Shown here piece after piece: positions 32,255-33,530 of a stretch of 33,530 nt of DNA. The stretch spans positions 1 through 33,530 of the forward strand of contig DPVY01000263.1 in NCBI GenBank assembly GCA_003527965.1. Reading direction: 5' to 3'. Below the pieces are notes generated by a model. That model saw only the letters and a list, made by a program, of their open reading frames with translations, was not told where the DNA came from and did no database searches. Both the position numbers and the translations under genes were made by a program. Positions within the stretch are counted from its first letter, which is position 1, and the number at the start of each line of letters is the position of its first letter. This DNA comes from Fidelibacterota bacterium (GTDB lineage: Bacteria; Fidelibacterota; UBA2242).

Positions 32255-33530
32255 TTACTGCGGTAGCCCCAGCTGCTCCCTCACGGTTTTTAGAAGCTGC
32301 TCAATTGTATAGGGCTTGAATATAAATTTTATCCCTTTTTTCTCCAACACAACCCTGTTTATCCTTCTTTGTGTATAACCGCTGTTTAAAATAACTTTAA
32401 GATTAGGATTTTTTCCGGTTAATTCGCGGGCAAGTTCCAATCCGCTTTTGCCCGGCATGACAATATCACTTAATAACAGGTGAAAATCTCCGTTTTCTTT
32501 CTTAAATATTTCAATTGCTTTTTCTGCGTTTTCTGCTCTATAAACATTGTATTTGTATCTTAAGAGCAAACTTGAGACAAAATCCAGTAAATTTTGATCG
32601 TCTTCAACAACTAAAATACGCTCACCATTTCCAAACAAATCACTGATTGATATTGTTTCTGTTTTTATACCAGTATCTTCTCCGAAATAAGCGGGCAGGT
32701 AGACTTTAAACATCGCACCCTTCCCCGGTTCACTGCTGACGGATATCCATCCGTTGCGATTCTTGATAATGCCATAAACAACCGAGAGCCCAAGTCCCGT
32801 GCCCCGGCTCCTTTCTTTTGTTGTAAAAAAGGGTTCAAAAATCCTCTGGATGTTGTCTTCTTTAATACCCACACCGGTATCTTCGAAAATTAACCTGACA
32901 AATTTCCCGGGATAAGAATCGGGAATGTTTCTTGAATCGAGATCGCTGATAACAATATTTTCGGTCTTCAAGAAAATTTTACCACCCCCCGGCATAGCAT
33001 CTTTAGAGTTAATCGCCAGATTCATTATTACCTGGATAATATTACTGCGATCTGCAAATATATTCCATAATTCATCGGAATGTTCGGTAATAATTGCAAT
33101 GTTTTCACCTATCAGGGGTTGAAGCATCTTCATCAGGTCTTTTATTAATTCATTGAGATTAATAGTCGATAGCTCGGCTATCTGGTTGCGACTAAAAAGA
33201 AGTAGTTGACTTGTAATTTTGGTTGATTGCTTGCAGGCTTTTATGATATGTTCTATTTGTTTATTTAACGGGTTGTCGCGACCTAAATCCATACTTATAA
33301 TTTGAGCCCGCCCCTGGATAATCGTTAAGATATTATTGAAATCATGAGCGATGCCACTAGCCAAGTTACCAATAGATTCCATTTTCTGGGACCGGATCAA
33401 CTGTTTTTGAAGTTGATCCTTTTCTTCGTTTTCAAGCTTGTTAACCAATGCGCCGGCAAAAATATTGCTAATTGTCTGAAGGATATCGATATCTTCATCT
33501 ATAAACTCTGTATTGTCCTGAAATAGGTTG
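32255..33530 (-). CDS. Hybrid sensor histidine kinase (HisKA + HATPase_c + REC), 5'-truncated by the window edge
   Basis: H-box GIAHDFNNILT, N-box NLAINSKDAM, G-boxes DTGVGI and GTGLGLS, and a C-terminal REC (ILVVEDD...LLLSDIVMPGKSG). The frame stays open from 33448 to 33529. My hand translation there (NLFQDNTEFIDEDIDILQTISNIFAGAL) looks like the end of a GAF/PAS domain. Confidence 0.9.
   Translation of the reverse strand, partial: NLFQDNTEFIDEDIDILQTISNIFAGALVNKLENEEKDQLQKQLIRSQKMESIGNLASGIAHDFNNILTIIQGRAQIISMDLGRDNPLNKQIEHIIKACKQSTKITSQLLLFSRNQIAELSTINLNELIKDLMKMLQPLIGENIAIITEHSDELWNIFADRSNIIQVIMNLAINSKDAMPGGGKIFLKTENIVISDLDSRNIPDSYPGKFVRLIFEDTGVGIKEDNIQRIFEPFFTTKERSRGTGLGLSVVYGIIKNRNGWISVSSEPGKGAMFKVYLPAYFGEDTGIKTETISISDLFGNGERILVVEDDQNLLDFVSSLLLRYKYNVYRAENAEKAIEIFKKENGDFHLLLSDIVMPGKSGLELARELTGKNPNLKVILNSGYTQRRINRVVLEKKGIKFIFKPYTIEQLLKTVREQLGLPQ

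Noticed and set aside
30100-33530. Apparent drop in GC content in the MFS/response-regulator/kinase block relative to the ilv-leu operon (possible horizontally acquired island)
   Set aside because: The impression rests on hand counts of a few 60-nt lines, roughly 32-48 percent versus 33-73 percent. GC also fluctuates strongly within single housekeeping genes here. There are no mobility genes or a tRNA boundary. A sliding-window GC and tetranucleotide analysis would be needed.

Overview
This is a 33.5-kb chromosomal window that is mostly housekeeping genes. It appears to come from a Gram-negative bacterium of the FCB-superphylum type, based on a T9SS-type C-terminal sorting domain, an LptF/G permease and outer-membrane beta-barrels. 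I saw no rRNA, tRNA, CRISPR array, transposase or integrase. Layout: (1) 1-870 is an ORF-free, repeat- and hairpin-dense region. (2) The + strand carries phoH, a secreted S8 protease, then a tight four-gene module: ECF sigma, ZAS anti-sigma, an 18-residue-repeat DUF4097-like solenoid and a LiaF/toastrack-like protein. (3) The - strand carries an orphan GroES-like gene, ligA, an NfeD/SPFH pair, and a two-gene lipoprotein plus beta-barrel operon whose lipoprotein is extremely Tyr- and Ser-rich. (4) The + strand carries an LptF/G permease, thymidine phosphorylase, and a nine-gene branched-chain amino-acid supraoperon (ilvD-ilvB-ilvN-ilvC-cimA-leuA-leuC-leuD-leuB). (5) The - strand carries an MFS transporter, a tail-anchored REC-only response regulator and a hybrid histidine kinase truncated by the window edge. 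The best-supported element not in the ORF track is a promoter plus a 31-codon Ile/Leu/Val-rich leader peptide with an antiterminator/terminator switch in front of ilvD. Other items worth a second look are the ECF/toastrack module, the Tyr-rich lipoprotein/barrel pair and the non-coding 5' region. All calls rest on reading the translations and sequence by eye. No database search, folding or statistics were run.
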